Counted from the first letter of the stretch, positions 1 through 15,400 are shown. The stretch is 64,000 nt of DNA from Antedon mediterranea (GCF_964355755.1 NC_092677.1:4920101-4984100), one strand, 5' to 3'. Made by a program: numbers and translations. Notes: generated by a model from the sequence alone, not told the origin.

Positions 1-407
1 TGGGTAGCTTTAAGAAATAAGATTATGATAATATAATTTCTAATTTGATACGATTAACCGAAAAAGAATTACAGTGATACGGGTTACTGGTGGTACTGAG
101 CTATTATTGTTTTTTTTGTATCATGTATATAAATATATTGTATAATCCGGGTTGTAAAATGAAAACAAACAAATGAAAAAGTGTGAACTATTTTAAAACG
201 GGATAGATGATAATGATGATCCTGTCAAGTGTATAACAAAATATAAAAAAATTAATGAAAAAAGGAGTAATACAGAATTCATATATGTAAAAATGTTACT
301 TATGAACTGTAACGACATTTACAAGTTAAATAATACGATTTTATGTAATATGAGATAATATGAATGTGAATAAAAGTGGTGTTTGCGCCACAAAAGAGAA
401 AAAAAAA
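1..407 (+). repeat. Dispersed repeat, A-tailed 3' end of a probable non-LTR retroposon (second copy inverted at 39103-39491)
   Basis: tgggtagctttaagaaata...gtggtgtttgcgccacaaaagagaaaaaaaaa matches the reverse complement of 39103-39491; AATAAA shortly before an A-rich end. Confidence 0.6.
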
Positions 408-958
408 GTACAACAATTCTACTATCTAGTCATAGTCATATATACTTTATTGTCCATTTAAAAAACAGAAATGTGATTTGAAAACTGGCAAAATACAAAA
501 ATAAAAAAAATCTACACAGTTGCTGCAGTATATTCTGCCTATTTGTGAAAGTATTCTTATATCTTTAAAAATTATATTTAATAATGTCATTTAATATAAC
601 TAGAGCGTGTGCTCGCTCACCTTCTAGTAAGTTACATGATGGTTCTCGCAAATATTGACAATAGGCGTAGGCCTACTAAATGTTTGCTGTTTCGGCCTAA
701 AAGTGAGTGTGGACCGAAATGTCCCAGATATGAGTTTTAAACGGGGCGTAGCATGACATGCAAAAATGGATTGAAAACGCTCCATTTAGTGGTTGTAAAA
801 CCCCATATGAAACAATATTCTATATGCTTGCTAAAATGTTTTATCAAATCTACCCATCTCAGTACATCTCTTGGTGTGAGTTGGATGGTGTGTGGCAGTT
901 TTTTTTTTGCACATTGTGCAGGGCTATGTTGTTGAACTATAGTTGTTAAGACGCTTAC

Positions 959-3647
959 CTGCAATACAGTAGTTTTCTAGTAGACATATTGCTGTATCGT
1001 TCAGCTCTTTTTCAGTTTCTGTATGCCATGGAATACTTGACTGACATATCTTATCATTAGTTCCTAAAGTAACTGTATTTTTCCCTTGCTTAATCACTTC
1101 CCCATTTTGTATTATCATTACTGATGATGGCTTGGGTTCGTCCTCTTCTGTGCATGTTGCTAAAACATCTTCCGATTGAAATGTTACAAAGACATCTAAA
1201 CAAGTGAGAATAACTGTATGGTATATTTTGTATTTATGGTCAACAACACATATTATGTCTCTAGATCTGAAATCTGACATATTATGTGTTGTTGGAACAC
1301 AACTTCTTGAATTGAAAAGGCTTAAGCCAATAACTGTTATTCCAATACCACTTTTACTTACTGTATATGCTCAACTGTTTTCCAACACTTGTTTTAGCAT
1401 CCTCTCCTTTAAACTGATCACTTTCTGCTTTACATGTATAATTCCCACCATCTTCTTCAGTAGCTAATTTAATCTTAAGAACTGACTCTGTACTGTTAAT
1501 ATTGGTAATCTCATATCTAGAAGAGTTGTTTGTGTTGACTGTCTGTTCATCTTTATACCAAGTAATGTGAGGAATAGGATCACCATCAGGTTTGATACAG
1601 GTAAAGGTCACCGATTGACCTTTATAGGCAGCACTTTCTGTTTCACCAAGAAGTGGTTGATTCAAATCTGAAAAGACATACGAGACCTACTATTATGAAA
1701 ATGCAATATAATGTCAGCCACATGCTGCTCACAATTTAGATTTTTTAAGATTTATATAGTCATGAACTTCATTTCATGTTAGTAACATTGTTTTTGTAAA
1801 TATCTCATTGAAGAAAGTCTAGCTTCTAATCATTAAGTTTATTTAAATTCCCAATAATCAAAACTTGAAATGTCCAGTACAAAGATGATTAAAATGCACA
1901 TTTTAAACATGTTTTTGCACCACAAATCAGTTGGTTAAATTAAGTAGCAGAAAAGGAGCGTGTTGAATTGTTGATTAAATGTCCGATGTCGTTGGAAACT
2001 CCATCGTCCACATCTACAATGACCCGCGGGTACAAGGTACAAAAACAAGAAGGCAAATCTCCAAAACTGGTTCAGCTATCATTAAATCACATCAGGCATG
2101 TTATTAAGTGAGTAATGTTATATCTCTTTTCATTCAGTATACATTTACATTGGGTGAATATATTATTATTGATAACAAAATAAAAATGAGGAAATTCCAT
2201 TTAAGCAAAATGCTTTAGCAAAAGATATTGACCGCTATTTGAAAAAAAGAGTACATAGTCTAACAGTTCATTTTATTTTTAGTCGCGTGCAACGCGACTC
2301 TACAGCTCACTATGTCGGTTGGTTGGTCCATACCTCCATGGTTGGTCGGCAATTACAAGATGGATAAACTATATTAAGTAACTTATCGTGCTTATAAACT
2401 AAGTCTCATTTGCGGCTTAAGGAGTGGAGTTGAAAGTTAGTTACAACCCTGGCACTAGGTCAGTATTGCACCATGGGATTGGAAGCCAAGCACGTTAACC
2501 ACCAAGCTACAGCTGCACTTAGTAGAATATTTTTTTATACTCACAATATACAGTTAGAATAGATGGATTTGATCTTTGAATATCACCTCTTGTTCCTATC
2601 TCGCACTGAAATTTTCGTTGAGAATCATTTCTCATTGGCTGTGAGATCACTAAGTCAGTTCTCCCAAGTGATATATTCAATTTGAAACGATCATTTTCTA
2701 GTTTATCGTCATTTACACGGTTTATTCTGGATCCGTCCTTATTAATTTCATCCCATTCGATTGCATCAGGTGTAGTAAAAGTAAATTGTGAATAATCACA
2801 AGTTATCAACACTTCAGCATCACCTTCCTTGGCTTCCTGGTCAGAAGTTGTCACCAATTGACTATTGGCCTCTAGAAAGGAAAGAATACATTAGGTCAAG
2901 TAGAACTAAATCTACGCTTCTTCTTTTAATTGCCTTTTGCTTGAGTTCCTTTTTCACTGAATACTATGATCAATTGTACTTTCATTTTATTTTACAATCA
3001 TTCAAATCATATATTTCATGTTGTACAAACGTTTTTATGAAAAATAGTGAAATAAGATATGTTATTATAATTATGTTTTTTAAATTAGTATATTAAAATT
3101 TTACTCACGATATACAGTTAGAATAGAAGGATTTGATCTCCTTATATCTCCATTTGTTTGTATCTCACACAGAAATATTCGTCCAAAATCATTTGTTGTT
3201 GGCTGTGACATCACCAAGTCAGCTATTCCAGGTGTAATATTCAATTTAAAACGTCCATTTTCTTTCCTCTTATCATTAACAAAACCAGGAGTAATAACTG
3301 CTTCATCTTCATTTAGTTCATCCCATCGTATTGCATCAGGTGTAGTAGTAGTAAATTGTGAATAATCACAAGTTATCACTACTTCAGCATCACCTTCATT
3401 GGCTGTCTGGTCAGATATTTTCACCGATTGACCATAGGTATCTAACAAATGACGAATACAGAACATTACGTAATAGAATTAAAACAAAAAAATTGTACAA
3501 ACCAGATGTCTAGTTTGGGCTTTAGACAGTAAATCTCTACATAATGAACTGAGATGAATTTAATTTAACTAAATTGTAGTCTGTTACTTTAACAAAATTA
3601 CCGTATAAAGAATGTGAAGCAATTAGAATCGTCAACCATAATGCCAT
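959..3647 (-). CDS. IgSF receptor-like gene A (signal peptide, two V-type Ig, I-type Ig, short Ig-like domain); 3' part not found in the window
   Basis: Exons 3647-3602 (MALWLTILIASHSLY), 3441-3109 (V1), 2871-2545 (V2), 1667-1362 (I-set, WYKD..EEDGGNYTC), 1195-959; all GT-AG, all phase-1 introns, frame open throughout; paralogous to genes B-D. Confidence 0.85.
2278..2350 (+). mobile_element. DINE-1/HINE-like short element fragment (other copies inverted at about 59718-59817 and 60467-60575)
   Basis: ttttagtcgcgtgcaacgcgactctacagctcactatgtcggttggttgg: subterminal inverted repeat, 4-bp microsatellite; the other copies also show a 3' stem-loop. Confidence 0.6.
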
Positions 3648-5659
3648 ATCTGAAGGAAAAAAGTATTATGGACTTCATTAAAATAATGTTGGAGTTTACA
3701 GTACATGTACCTATTATTACGTGACACAAACACATTCCAATACTAATTTTTTTAAATAACCAGTTTCGTATAAAATTCACCTTTCCTAGTGAAAAAATGA
3801 TAGTTCTCCATCGGCCTCTCGCGTGGCACAGACATTTGTTTTCTTTATCTACTGCTTTTACAACACGCTGATGATTAATTATGAATTTAATAATAACCAA
3901 CAGCATTCAGTGATTATGATAATCATCTTTAATGTTCATTCATCTAAAATCATCTTTGTCAGTAGCCTACTATACAGAGTAGGTCTATATCATAATTAAA
4001 TTTTTCATAAACAATCAACTCAACTACTTACCGATATCTCTTATCATGTCCGCTTTTTAAATTGTATCATTTCGGAATAAAATGTACTGGATGTGTTTTA
4101 CAGAATTATACCTGATTGTTTCGATCACCAACAACCAAAACTACTATTGTCAATAATGTCTTACATGTTTAGTTTCCATTGCAATATTCTTTATACAGTT
4201 TTTTCTTTGGTAAACAATAAATAGGATTTGTCAGAGTAAATAATATAGACAATAACTTTATCTTAATACGATAAGAGAACAATTCACGTAGGCTAAACCA
4301 GACTTTTGAATTATTTTTTATAAAAATCAAAACATCCGATAGGCTTAATTTTTATGAATTCATAATTATCTACATTTCATAATTGAGATAATTGTTACAC
4401 AAGATAGTGTACAGAAAGACGAAGAAGAAGAATAATACGATTTCAAATACAATAACAATAGGGGATCATTTTATTCTAAATGATCACCTAATAATGTTAT
4501 TATAAGATAATTAGTACAGTAAACTGATTGTTTTTTAATCCAAATCAGGTAAAACACTTGGGGATGTAGGCCTATTAATTGAATTGTGTTTGAAACTACT
4601 GTACTAATAAGTTTCTTTCAAAGGATTTGAGATAACAATAATTTCACATTAAGGGACATAAATGCATACTTGCACACCTTTTATGGATATGAATATAATG
4701 AATATTCATTTTTATTTTTTGACGTTCCATGAGGGGCCGGTCCCCAACTTATGTACGAAAAGAAATATCTCCGCCCGGCGGCCCCTGGTAGCCTAGTTAA
4801 AGTTCTATTTGGCAGTTTTTTACTAAATAAATTACATAAAACTAACAATTAAATATCTAAATAGCATTTAATATGATGTTAGCATGTAGTTGATAACATT
4901 GTTTTATCCTGAAAACACTACTGGGCAGGTGGTCCTCCAGGGTTAGATTAGTGTGACCGTCACAAAAAGTTGTATACATCTTGACTTATGGTGGCGCCCT
5001 ACCACTTGGACAATATTATTACTGTTACTTCTTAACTTACAAACTGCAGATTAATTATTCTTGTGATAATATTATATATGTACATTCTTTTTTCTTTTTG
5101 AGTGTAGGTTGTCGTGAAAATGATAGGGGCTCGGGGATCCAAATAAAATGACGAGAGGAGTAAACGGTAGTAATAGTAGGTCAAGGAATGGAGGAATATT
5201 GTAACTGGATATCCGTAGGAGGCATAAAGTAAGCAGATTAACATTTTGATGAATGACGGACACATCGACTGTGACATGACACACCTTAATAAAAAATGTC
5301 AGTGACTAGGCCTAGGCTCTACTCAATGTTTCCGGTATATCCAGGGACGCTTTCTCGGTCCGGCGGGTCGAAAACGTATAGATAGCTAGTATAGCCCGAC
5401 GACGAGAGGGGAATCATGTGCCCGAGCAAGCATATATCCGCGATATAATATTCAGTTCCTAATAAATTATTATATTGATACTTAATATATTATGTTCTAG
5501 GTCTAGGCCTAGCCAAGTTTAGTTAGGCCTAGGCCAAGAAACCCTAATTGCTAATTCATTGGTTATCCGCACTTGGTTGGTATATAATACGAAAGCCTAT
5601 ACTAATATCGGCGTACTAGCCTAGGCTTGTGCCATATAAAGTAAATGTTCTACAAAATA

Positions 5660-6075
5660 ATGTTCAAACGAATTAGTATGATCCGTTCTAACGAATTACA
5701 ACATATACAGCCATTTAAGTGTGTTGTAATTCTTTTAAATGGATTAATTAATAATCTGTTAAAACAAATTAATAATCTGTTCAAACAAATTAGTAATCTG
5801 TTCAAACGTGAATTAGTAATTATAATTATATTCTAAACAAATTAGCCTACTAAAAATTTGTTAACAGAGTAATTCGTTTAAACAGATTAGTAATCCGTTC
5901 AAACGAATTAATAATCCGTTCAAACATATTAATAATTTCTTCAAACAAATTAATAATTCGTTCAAACGTTTAAAATTCGTTAATAAACAAATAATAATTT
6001 GTTGAACTAAATTAATCAATCGTTCAAACCATTAAATTAATAATTTGTTCAAATAAATAATTTGTTTAAACAAAT
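5660..6075. repeat. Degenerate ~21-bp minisatellite between the divergent genes A and B
   Basis: Repeated aaacaaattaataatctgttc variants. Confidence 0.8.
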
Positions 6076-6427
6076 TAAAGATGTATTTCAGTTCGACTAA
6101 TTTATGATACTTCAAAATGACCCACTTTTTGTCGAAATCTTTTTTAAATATTTTTTGGAATTATTCAAAGGGACAATACATCTCCAAATTGACAGTCGCA
6201 TATATTTAAAAAAGAGATTTTGATACTTTTAAGTATTAAAATAACTGTGTAATTAAGTTGTTGCAACATGTTCGCCTTGACCTCTACTTCTTCCGGTCAA
6301 AGTTCTATAGCATTGCATGCATTTACGCCCTCTACGACAAATATGTAAATAAGTTTTTGTATTTATTTAATTTAGGGTATTTAATATTAAGTAATTATAT
6401 TACTTTTCTTTTCAGCTTTTTGGAGCC

Positions 6428-9400
6428 ATGTATTTTCTAGTAATATTGCTGAATTTTATAACTAAGGGTAAATGTTTTTTTTTGTATTTTATCACATCTT
6501 AACATAGCAATAGAGATTTCTGCAGGTTAGAGTGCCGTTCCGTAGGTATGATCATCAGGCCTCTGATCTGACAACCCACATTAATACATGGAGCAACAAA
6601 AATAAAAAAGGCTCCTCATGTCTATGTCCTTTAGGCCCTTTTCTCACAGGCTAGATGCCTTCATCATTACTGGCGGTTTATACCGGTACAACTATTTACA
6701 TTGGACTGTTATGCTGGGAATATAACCAGTTTGAAAAGAAAAAGGGACGAGTTCGCGACACTGTTTCAATACTCAAGATTGTCACCATTTTTCAAAATCA
6801 AGAATATCACATGTACAGGTTTATTTTTACTCTAGAAATTTAACATTGTAACATATAGTAATGCAGTACTCATGAGGTAGTGTTCTTTAATTTGCAGAAG
6901 TACATGGTCAGTCGATTATAACATTTAACCAGACAGCTAAAGAAGGTGATTCTGAAGTACTGATAACTTGTGATTATTCACAATTTACTTCTACTACACC
7001 TGGTGGAATACAATGGGATGAACTAAATGAAGATGGATCTGCAATAAACCTTGTGAATGATAAGAAGTTACAAAATGGACGTTTTAAATTGAACATAAAA
7101 CCTGGGAAAGCTGACTTGGTGATGTCACAGCCAACGAGAAATGATTCTGGACAAACATTTCAGTGTGAGATACGAACAAATGGAGATATTAAAAGATCAA
7201 ACCCATCTATTTTAACTGTATATTGTGAGTAACGGATTCAATTTCAATAATTGACTATAGCATTGCATAAATATATGTATAGCATGTTTAAAAGCCACTC
7301 CTTACTCAATAACTCAGTCTATAACTCACAAATCTAAAGTATTGATAATTGTAAGACCTTGGGGATAACTGCTGCTTTATGCTTGTAATATAATCTGCCA
7401 CCATTTTTTCTTTTTACTTAACTGTATGTTCTAATAAATTGACAAATTTCCAAGAAAAATTTCTTTTTAAAAGCTCCCATTTAGTTTATTGCTGGGTAAA
7501 ATTTAAGTGACACATTTTTAATATTTTATTTTCTCCTTTCACAGACTTGAATCAACCAAATCTTAATGCAACAAATGGCATCTATAAAGGTCAATCCATG
7601 AGATTTACCTGTAGTAAATCTGGTGAGCCTACCCCTTACATTACTTGGTATAAAGATGGACAGCAAGTTAACAACTCTAGATATGAGATTGCAAATAACA
7701 GTACAGAGTCAGTTCTTAAGATTAAATCAGCTACTGAAGAAGATGGAGGGAATTATACATGTAAAGCAGAAAGTGATCAGTTTAAAGGAGAGGATGCTAA
7801 AACAAGTGTTGGAAGACATTTGACTGTATATTGTAAGTAAACATTACTTACCCTAACAAATCTGTAAAGTATATAATAAATAAAGAGCTTTTACGCACGC
7901 TCGTATTCTTAAGGACATTAGTCGTAGGTCGAGCTAAAACTTCATTCATAAACCGAACTAAATCTGTGACTAAATCAGGCCAACCTCGACTAATCGAGAC
8001 GGATTTTGATCGATTTTTTTAAGTCCTCGAGGGGGAGGCTAAATCGCCGACTAAATGGTATTTAAACAATGTTTATAAAAAATGTAACAGTTATTGAGAA
8101 ATGAAATATCTATTTTTATATTACTGTAGCTTAAAGATTTATTGTCTCCCCTGAAAAAATAATTCTTAAAACAAATTTTGATGAATATGCCATTTTAATG
8201 TAACATTATTAGTTATCCACTTTGACCAAAAATTGGATTGAAAAAAAATATATTTACCGGAAAAAATGTTTTTTTTTTTTTTTTTTTTTATAAGTGAAAA
8301 CATGATTTTTTTCGGTTTTTTTTCTATTGATGTGATAAAACTTTATTAAAACTACAAAACACAGAACATTATCTTCATTTTTCATGTTTATGAGGGACAG
8401 TACATCTTTAATTAAATATACATTGGTATATGTTATAATAATGGAAATCATCTTTATTTACAACCATATACAAATTGCATTATTTTCTTCGCGCAAGTCA
8501 GACTTGAACTATGTCACACACCACAGCGACAATGGGAGATGCGGAAATTCACCACAAAAAACCACCACCAAAAGCTCAAACTAGTACTTTTTGAAGTTGA
8601 AGAATACGAGCGTTAATTTTAATGTATATTACAGTGCATGAATGATATTTGAATAAAATTAGTGGATGCTTAGTCCACAAAAGAGAAACAAATTCGAATG
8701 AGTTAAGTTATTTGGTAATAGTCACAATGGACTTCTGTTGAGTTGTAACAATAGCTGATTAATTCATGAATACAATAGATTTAAAAAATTAACTTTTATT
8801 TTTTTACCAACAAATACTATAAATAAAAATTTATATTAAATTTTTCATATTTTAGATATTGCTGTTAATTTTACATCTGAAGATGGTATTGCAACATGTA
8901 CAGCAGATGGCCGTCCCAAGCCATCATCTGTAGTGATATTACAAGATGGAGAATTGGTTAAGAAAGGAGAAAATACATCAACTATAGAAATAGATGACAA
9001 GATATGTCAATCAAATATTACATGTAATGCAGAGAATGGACAGCTATATAAAACAGCAACACTTGAGAACTGTGAAGCAGGTAAATATGTAACATTTATG
9101 CCAGGTAGTTTTATGTAAGTTAAAATGTTCCTGAGTTAATAATTAATTTGGGATAAATATTCAGAGATAACTAGAAGAAAATTGAAACTGATTTTGCAAT
9201 CCTATGCCTACCTAGATCAATGCTCCAAAAGACTTAGTACTGTACTACTTTGTTGACACAGTTTTGTACAGAAGACCAATGGCTTAATGTCTTATCTAGA
9301 GCACAAGACAAAGTAAACCTGAGAAGTTCCTGTTGAGACAAAGCCTATTGATTTTCATGAAAATTGACATAATGTTGATATAAAGTTATCTTTGTTTTCA

Positions 9401-12400
9401 ATAGTGTGCCCTCTGTTGCCAAAAACTGTTTGTGTTTTACTGCACAGCAATTTTTTATTTATTAAGACAAAACCATAATAAATCTTCATAAAGTAACTAC
9501 CATTTGTACTTAAATACAATTGTAAATATTCAAAAAAATTTAAAAACTTCAAAATCAAATAAATCTGTTTCAAATGTATTTTTCTTAAAATTTCCATTCA
9601 AAATTTGAAGTAGTAAGAAAGGTAAGGCAGTCCAAAAATATGCCACACCCACCTCCATTTTTGGTTCCAAAGCACTTTTTTAAATTGTTTAGCATTTTCG
9701 TTTAAGCAATAATTTTGATTCAAAGTTTTGTCTCTACTTCCAAAATCACTGAGATAGGTTACATTTTTATGTTGTGAAACAAAATATCGTTTGATCAATT
9801 GTAGGCTCAAATATTAAATTGAAAAACATTTTTTTGATATGTTATTGGAATTATTAAATCATTTTTTACAGATATTTCACCAGGTTCAAGACAGTTGTAC
9901 ATCATCCTAATTGTTTTAATTATTTTATGGTTACTGCTTCTTTGTTGTAAGTAAAACCTCTAATCTCTTAATCATTTTATTCTCAATTAGCATGCATGGA
10001 CATAGAATTATCCTAAATAGTATTCACAAATTCCTCACCCCAACTTAACTCTGTCGACATAAGCGCTCTGCGCAGCTGACCACAAGTGACAGACCCACAG
10101 CGCAACATGTAAAGAATAACTATTGAAATAGGCGAGTTTTTAGGACAGATTTGAATTTAAAAGGAAATGGAGTGAGCAAGTTGGTTCCAGAACTCTGGTG
10201 CCTAAGCAAAGAAGCCCTTAGGCACGGATTTTAGCTTAGATCTAGGTGGTTTTAACATATCCGTTTAATGGTAATAATAATGGTTTCAAATTCAAATTCA
10301 AATATTCTTTATTCATCCTCTATCATGAAAATATACAACAACAATATATGAGAACATAAAAAAGATGAAAAGGAAACACATAAAAACTCAAAAGAGCTTG
10401 ATTAGTTGTGTCCCCCTATGTCCCTAACTAGCCTAAAAAACTAAAACATAAATAATAAAAAAGCTAAACCCTGGTTTAATTAGTTTGTGAAGATAATGTG
10501 GAACAGTTTCATCTTTAAGTTTGTTTTATTTATACCACTGTCGCAGCTGAAGCTGAATTACTGTGTATTTACATTAAAATGTGTTCGTTTGTTTGTTTTA
10601 TTGGTTTCTCCACACATTTTAAAATAAAAGATAAAAATTACAAATTGCAAAAAGAAAATTACAATAAACAAGAAAAACATCAAAAATGTGCGGATGGACG
10701 TCAAAATAAGTTGCGAACAACTTTAAGTCGTGACCACCAGTTAAAAAAAAAAAATGAAGGTATACAATAGCAGTCCGGCTTACATAAAAAATACAGAAGC
10801 TTAAATTGCAAAGACAATAGTACAATTACAAGATGAACAATATGATAAGGTATTCAATTCAATAAAGTGAAGAAGAAAGGAAACAAGAACAACAAGAACA
10901 GGAGATTTAGCTGCCATATGCTGCGACCAAAGACTTTTTTAGGTTAGATTTGAACAAAGGTAGATTAGGAAGAGATTTTAATGAAATACTTAATAAATTC
11001 CATAGTTTTGGACCATTATAAAAAATCGATTTTCTTCTTAAATGAAATGTATCGTTTTCAGATAAAATATTTGTTTTAGCAAATCTTGTGAATATCAGGT
11101 TGTTGTTTAGGAAATAATATGATTTGGTAAAGAGTGATTTTTTAGACGATACATAAAAATATAAGTTTGTAATTTGTGTAAATCAAATACATTAAGTATA
11201 TTAAATTTATTAAATAAGTTTTTGGTGTGAGCTATTCTGGTTGACCCTGCACAAATCCTGATAGCACGTTTTTGTAGTTTGAAGATGTTGTCAATATTGG
11301 TTGCTTCAGGACTCGTCCAGGGACACAAGTAAAGAAATTTATCAATTGTGGTAGCCCAAGATATGTTACAATAATTAATATACAGTAGGGTAAAACTAAG
11401 GTGTTATATAAAGGTAAAAGAATGTGCTGTAGGAGATAGTGCTTTAGTTTATTCATTATTCCAATGTTTCTAGAAATTATATTTGAAATATTATTACGAT
11501 GGGACTGCCAGGATAACTTTGAGTCTAGGATAACACCGAGAAATTTTGTTTCATTAACTTGTTTAATTGATTACACTATCATTAATTTTAATAACATCAG
11601 AGTCTATATTTTTTATTTTATAATTAAAAAAAATATAGTTAGTTTTATTAATATTCAAAGATAATTTATTTAAATTGAGCCAATTGGAAATCTTAACTAA
11701 TTCATTATTTGTAGTTTGCACAAGTTCAGTAATATTTTTGTGTGAAAAGAAAATGTTAGTGTCATCAGCAAAAAGAACAAAATTGTGTAAAAAGATTTAA
11801 AAACAGTAAAAATTCAAGAAACAATTGTTATAAGCGCTCACACACTGGTTCCGTTCAGTTGCTCGAAAGTTGACATAAGCGCTCTCCTGCAACTGGTTTG
11901 TTTCAGTTCGACCTAAGCTTGCATAATTTTAGAATCGTAGTGCTTAGTTTCGTTAATTATTCTTTTGGAATTTTTCTGAATTCAAGGGGAAAATATGTGT
12001 TGACTTATGATTACGCAAATTATGTAATGACGTCTAATTTTTTTTATTATGTAAGTGAGTAAGGCTTAAATAAGAGTAGAAAAAAATATAAAAAAGGCAT
12101 TTAAAATAATATTAAATATATTTACAATTCTTTTATTTAGATTTTATGCATTGTAAGAATATTGAGTGGAGTAATACAGATGTTGATATAGTGACAGTTG
12201 AAGGTGGTAAACCAGTTGAGATGAGTTGGAAATATCGTCCAAGTATTGCATGGTTCAAGAATTTTGGAATAAAGAAAGAAGACAAAATGCTTGGTTCAAA
12301 TAAAAAGCAATTCAGTAGTTGGAAAACAGTCTGCCAGTTTGTCTGTTATTGTTGTGCTTACTTTTGTGGATTCTTTTGTATTGAATACTGTAACAAATCA

Positions 12401-15400
12401 TGTAAGTTAAATTTGTGTTCATTTTATCAATACACCATTGTTTTTCTTTTCAGTTCCTTATGATAAATCATACTATTTCAAAGGGTCGAGATATAGACAG
12501 TGATGACCATTAAATTCTGGAAAGAACTTTGCACAAATTATTTTTCATGGGAAAACCTAAACTTTATACTGTAGTATTGTATTACATTACACAAGATATG
12601 TTTAATACATTTTTTTTTAGATAACAAAGATGATAAAAAACGAGAAAGCAGGTGAGTTACTTCTATTAGAATTTGTATTGAACACATGGCACAAGGTCTT
12701 TCTTGTAGTTTGATATTATTAGGTTATATGCATTATTATGCATATAACCTCTTGATTCTGTCAAAATCTTTATTTGCTTATTTATTCTTTCCTTAGCACT
12801 ATTTTGTCCGTCAATTATCTTGATATCAGTTTCATCTATCTAAGTCAATTTTTCGGAGTATAATTCCTTATGGTCAGGAATCGATGTGGTTATGTTTTCA
12901 AGGTGCGCAATCAAAAATTACGCGGTCTACGCGCGATTTAACGAAATCACGTTTGTAATCATATCTTCACAAGCATGAATTACAATTAAACAAAATTTGG
13001 TACTCATAAATTTCAGGTCATATTTCATCATATGGCAATACAATTACGTGCGTAGCGCATATAACGCATGCGTACGCGCGCTTAAAATTTTCAAAATTGT
13101 CAAAATTTATTTTTGATGAAATTAGAGTACGTTTCAGGCAATTTTAAGCGTTTAAAAAATTGCCATGAGTGCGCAAATTTTTTTTTAAACGTTAATGCGC
13201 ATTATTTTTGTCCAATTTCTGTTGTACAATCTTTCTTTAATAATATCATCATATTTTATTCACTTTTCAACGCGAAATTGCGTTATACGAGCACTTCAAA
13301 AGTGACAGGCTACGCACGTGTAAGTTAACAAAATGGTGAAAATATGCTAAATTTTTAAATTAATATAGATCGTCAGAATGCTCGGGAACACCTATTTTTT
13401 ATTTCAGTTTCTTGAAGTGTATGTATCATATGTATGATTTATTATGAAATTAATAGAACAAAAGTTTATTAAGTCATCATTAATTGCATTTTAAATTTTT
13501 TTAAATTAATTTCGACAATCAAACAAATTATGACATTTTCTTAGGCCAAAATAACAAATTAACATTAACTTTCTCCCTTAAAAAGTTCATTATATTAAAG
13601 TTAAAAGTATATAGTTTGACAGTGCATATTTTTTTTTATTTTTTCAAAATGTCATCATAGTAAAAAATTATAATTCATTGCGGTATTTAATAATCTATCT
13701 GCACCAAAGTGGTTACTGTATTGTAAATACACGGAGGAATCTTTCTACAACCTTTAGTCAGTTGTGTATGGCTTGGTGGTCTGTGCTCGTGTCTATGGCA
13801 TTCAAGGTACCGAGATCGAGTCTCACCTTGGGAAACGAAACGAAATAAGATTTTTTTTATTATCTGTATTGTTTGCTCAATGTTATTTCTTAGTGTATAG
13901 ATTATACACATGATTTATAATGAAATTATATATATTATATTTAATGTAACTTATGTCTTTATTATGTAACAAATGTGGTTTATGACATTATACGCAGAGG
14001 GATCTTTGATCGGATTTTGTATTGTGTTTGCATTAGCAAGATTCTGCTGTCATATATTATAAATAACTAGATGGTACGCTCGCTTCGCTCGCGTACCATC
14101 TAGGTCGTGCCCACAGATGGTTCTCGAATACACAGTAATTTCAGCGTAACAAAACTTTCGATTTCAAATGTACGTACCGCAGGACAAATAAATAGACAAT
14201 GTGATTTATGTACTCAACTAAAAATAGCACCCTGGGAATTACTTCCGAAAGAGAAACTTGTCACAAAATGAGACCAATTGTTTAAGTCAAATTTAAACAA
14301 ACTTAATTTGTGTTTTGTATGTAACATTAGGGTTGAGGGATGGGGAAGAGGATGGGTGGAAAGAAAGAGGAACAATTTTTAAATATATTCTTTATCTATT
14401 TAGTAACGAAATATTAATTGTTTTCATGTTTTACAAATAATATACCACTAAACACAGTAAAACATTGCGATGTAATACTTTGTTGAAACTATAACCGTCC
14501 AAGTCGATTGAAATAGTACAGTAGCCTACATGTAACGATGTAACATCACTACGACGTGTATATGTTTATATAATGTAAAACAATTTGTGAAAACCACCTC
14601 TATTTGGGGAAAATCATAAATTCGATTTGATCGTCAATAAATATTAAATTATCTAACTCAACTTAATAAGTAGGCCTAATGGTTTTCAATTGTTTCTTAG
14701 AGCCAATTCATACTTAAGTTGGTTCCTACCCTACCCACCAAAGTTGTTCTGCGTTTAGGGCATGTGATGTACCGTAGGCCTATCCTCTACTGGTTTTACA
14801 ACGCTACTCATGCCAGTGAGGGAAGGGTGATGATGTGGGTGGTTTAATTGCAATAATAAATATTTGTACATAATATACGGCGAGTGAAAACTCTAGCTCA
14901 TTATCCGTTTAAAAAAATGTATATCCAACCACTGCAGCACAGATTGGAAAAAAAATGGATCGAATTTCTGCAGGTTATGAGATATACAGTACTTGCCTTT
15001 ACGACGCCTGAGGGAATAGACGCTTGTGGAACAGAGATTGGAATGTTCCATTCATCGCAAATCAATACATTTGTATAAACGTATATTAAATCTATCAAAA
15101 TAGTATTTTTTTTAAGAAAATCGGCCTGTCTTCAACATTATGATGCTGTACTCGAGCTGTTCAACCGGTTTTCAGCCATTAAAAACAATTATCGTATGAG
15201 GAGATAGGAAAATGCGAAGCATCCTCGTATTATTGTCTGCGGGTATTTTTCAAGACGGACATCCATTAGACAGTGTATACCACGATCGAAAAACACCCCT
15301 ATTTGGGGCAAATCGTTGAACCTAAATTCGTTTTAATCGTCAATAACTAATTATCGAACTCAATTTAATTAGTAAACAGGGTTACATCAGGTGGTTAAAA

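Noticed and set aside
4111-4180. Hydrophobic stretch as the signal exon of gene A
   Set aside because: ATG is out of frame and the phase is wrong; 3647-3602 fits properly, so this is at most a 5' UTR exon
6898-7224. Siglec-like sialic-acid-binding V domain
   Set aside because: The F strand has a canonical Cys followed by E/Q rather than the essential Siglec Arg; nothing supports Siglec homology
13758-13835. tRNA-like sequence with A and B box remnants (similar heads near 2440-2518 and 22917-22955)
   Set aside because: No convincing cloverleaf; likely SINE-derived decay
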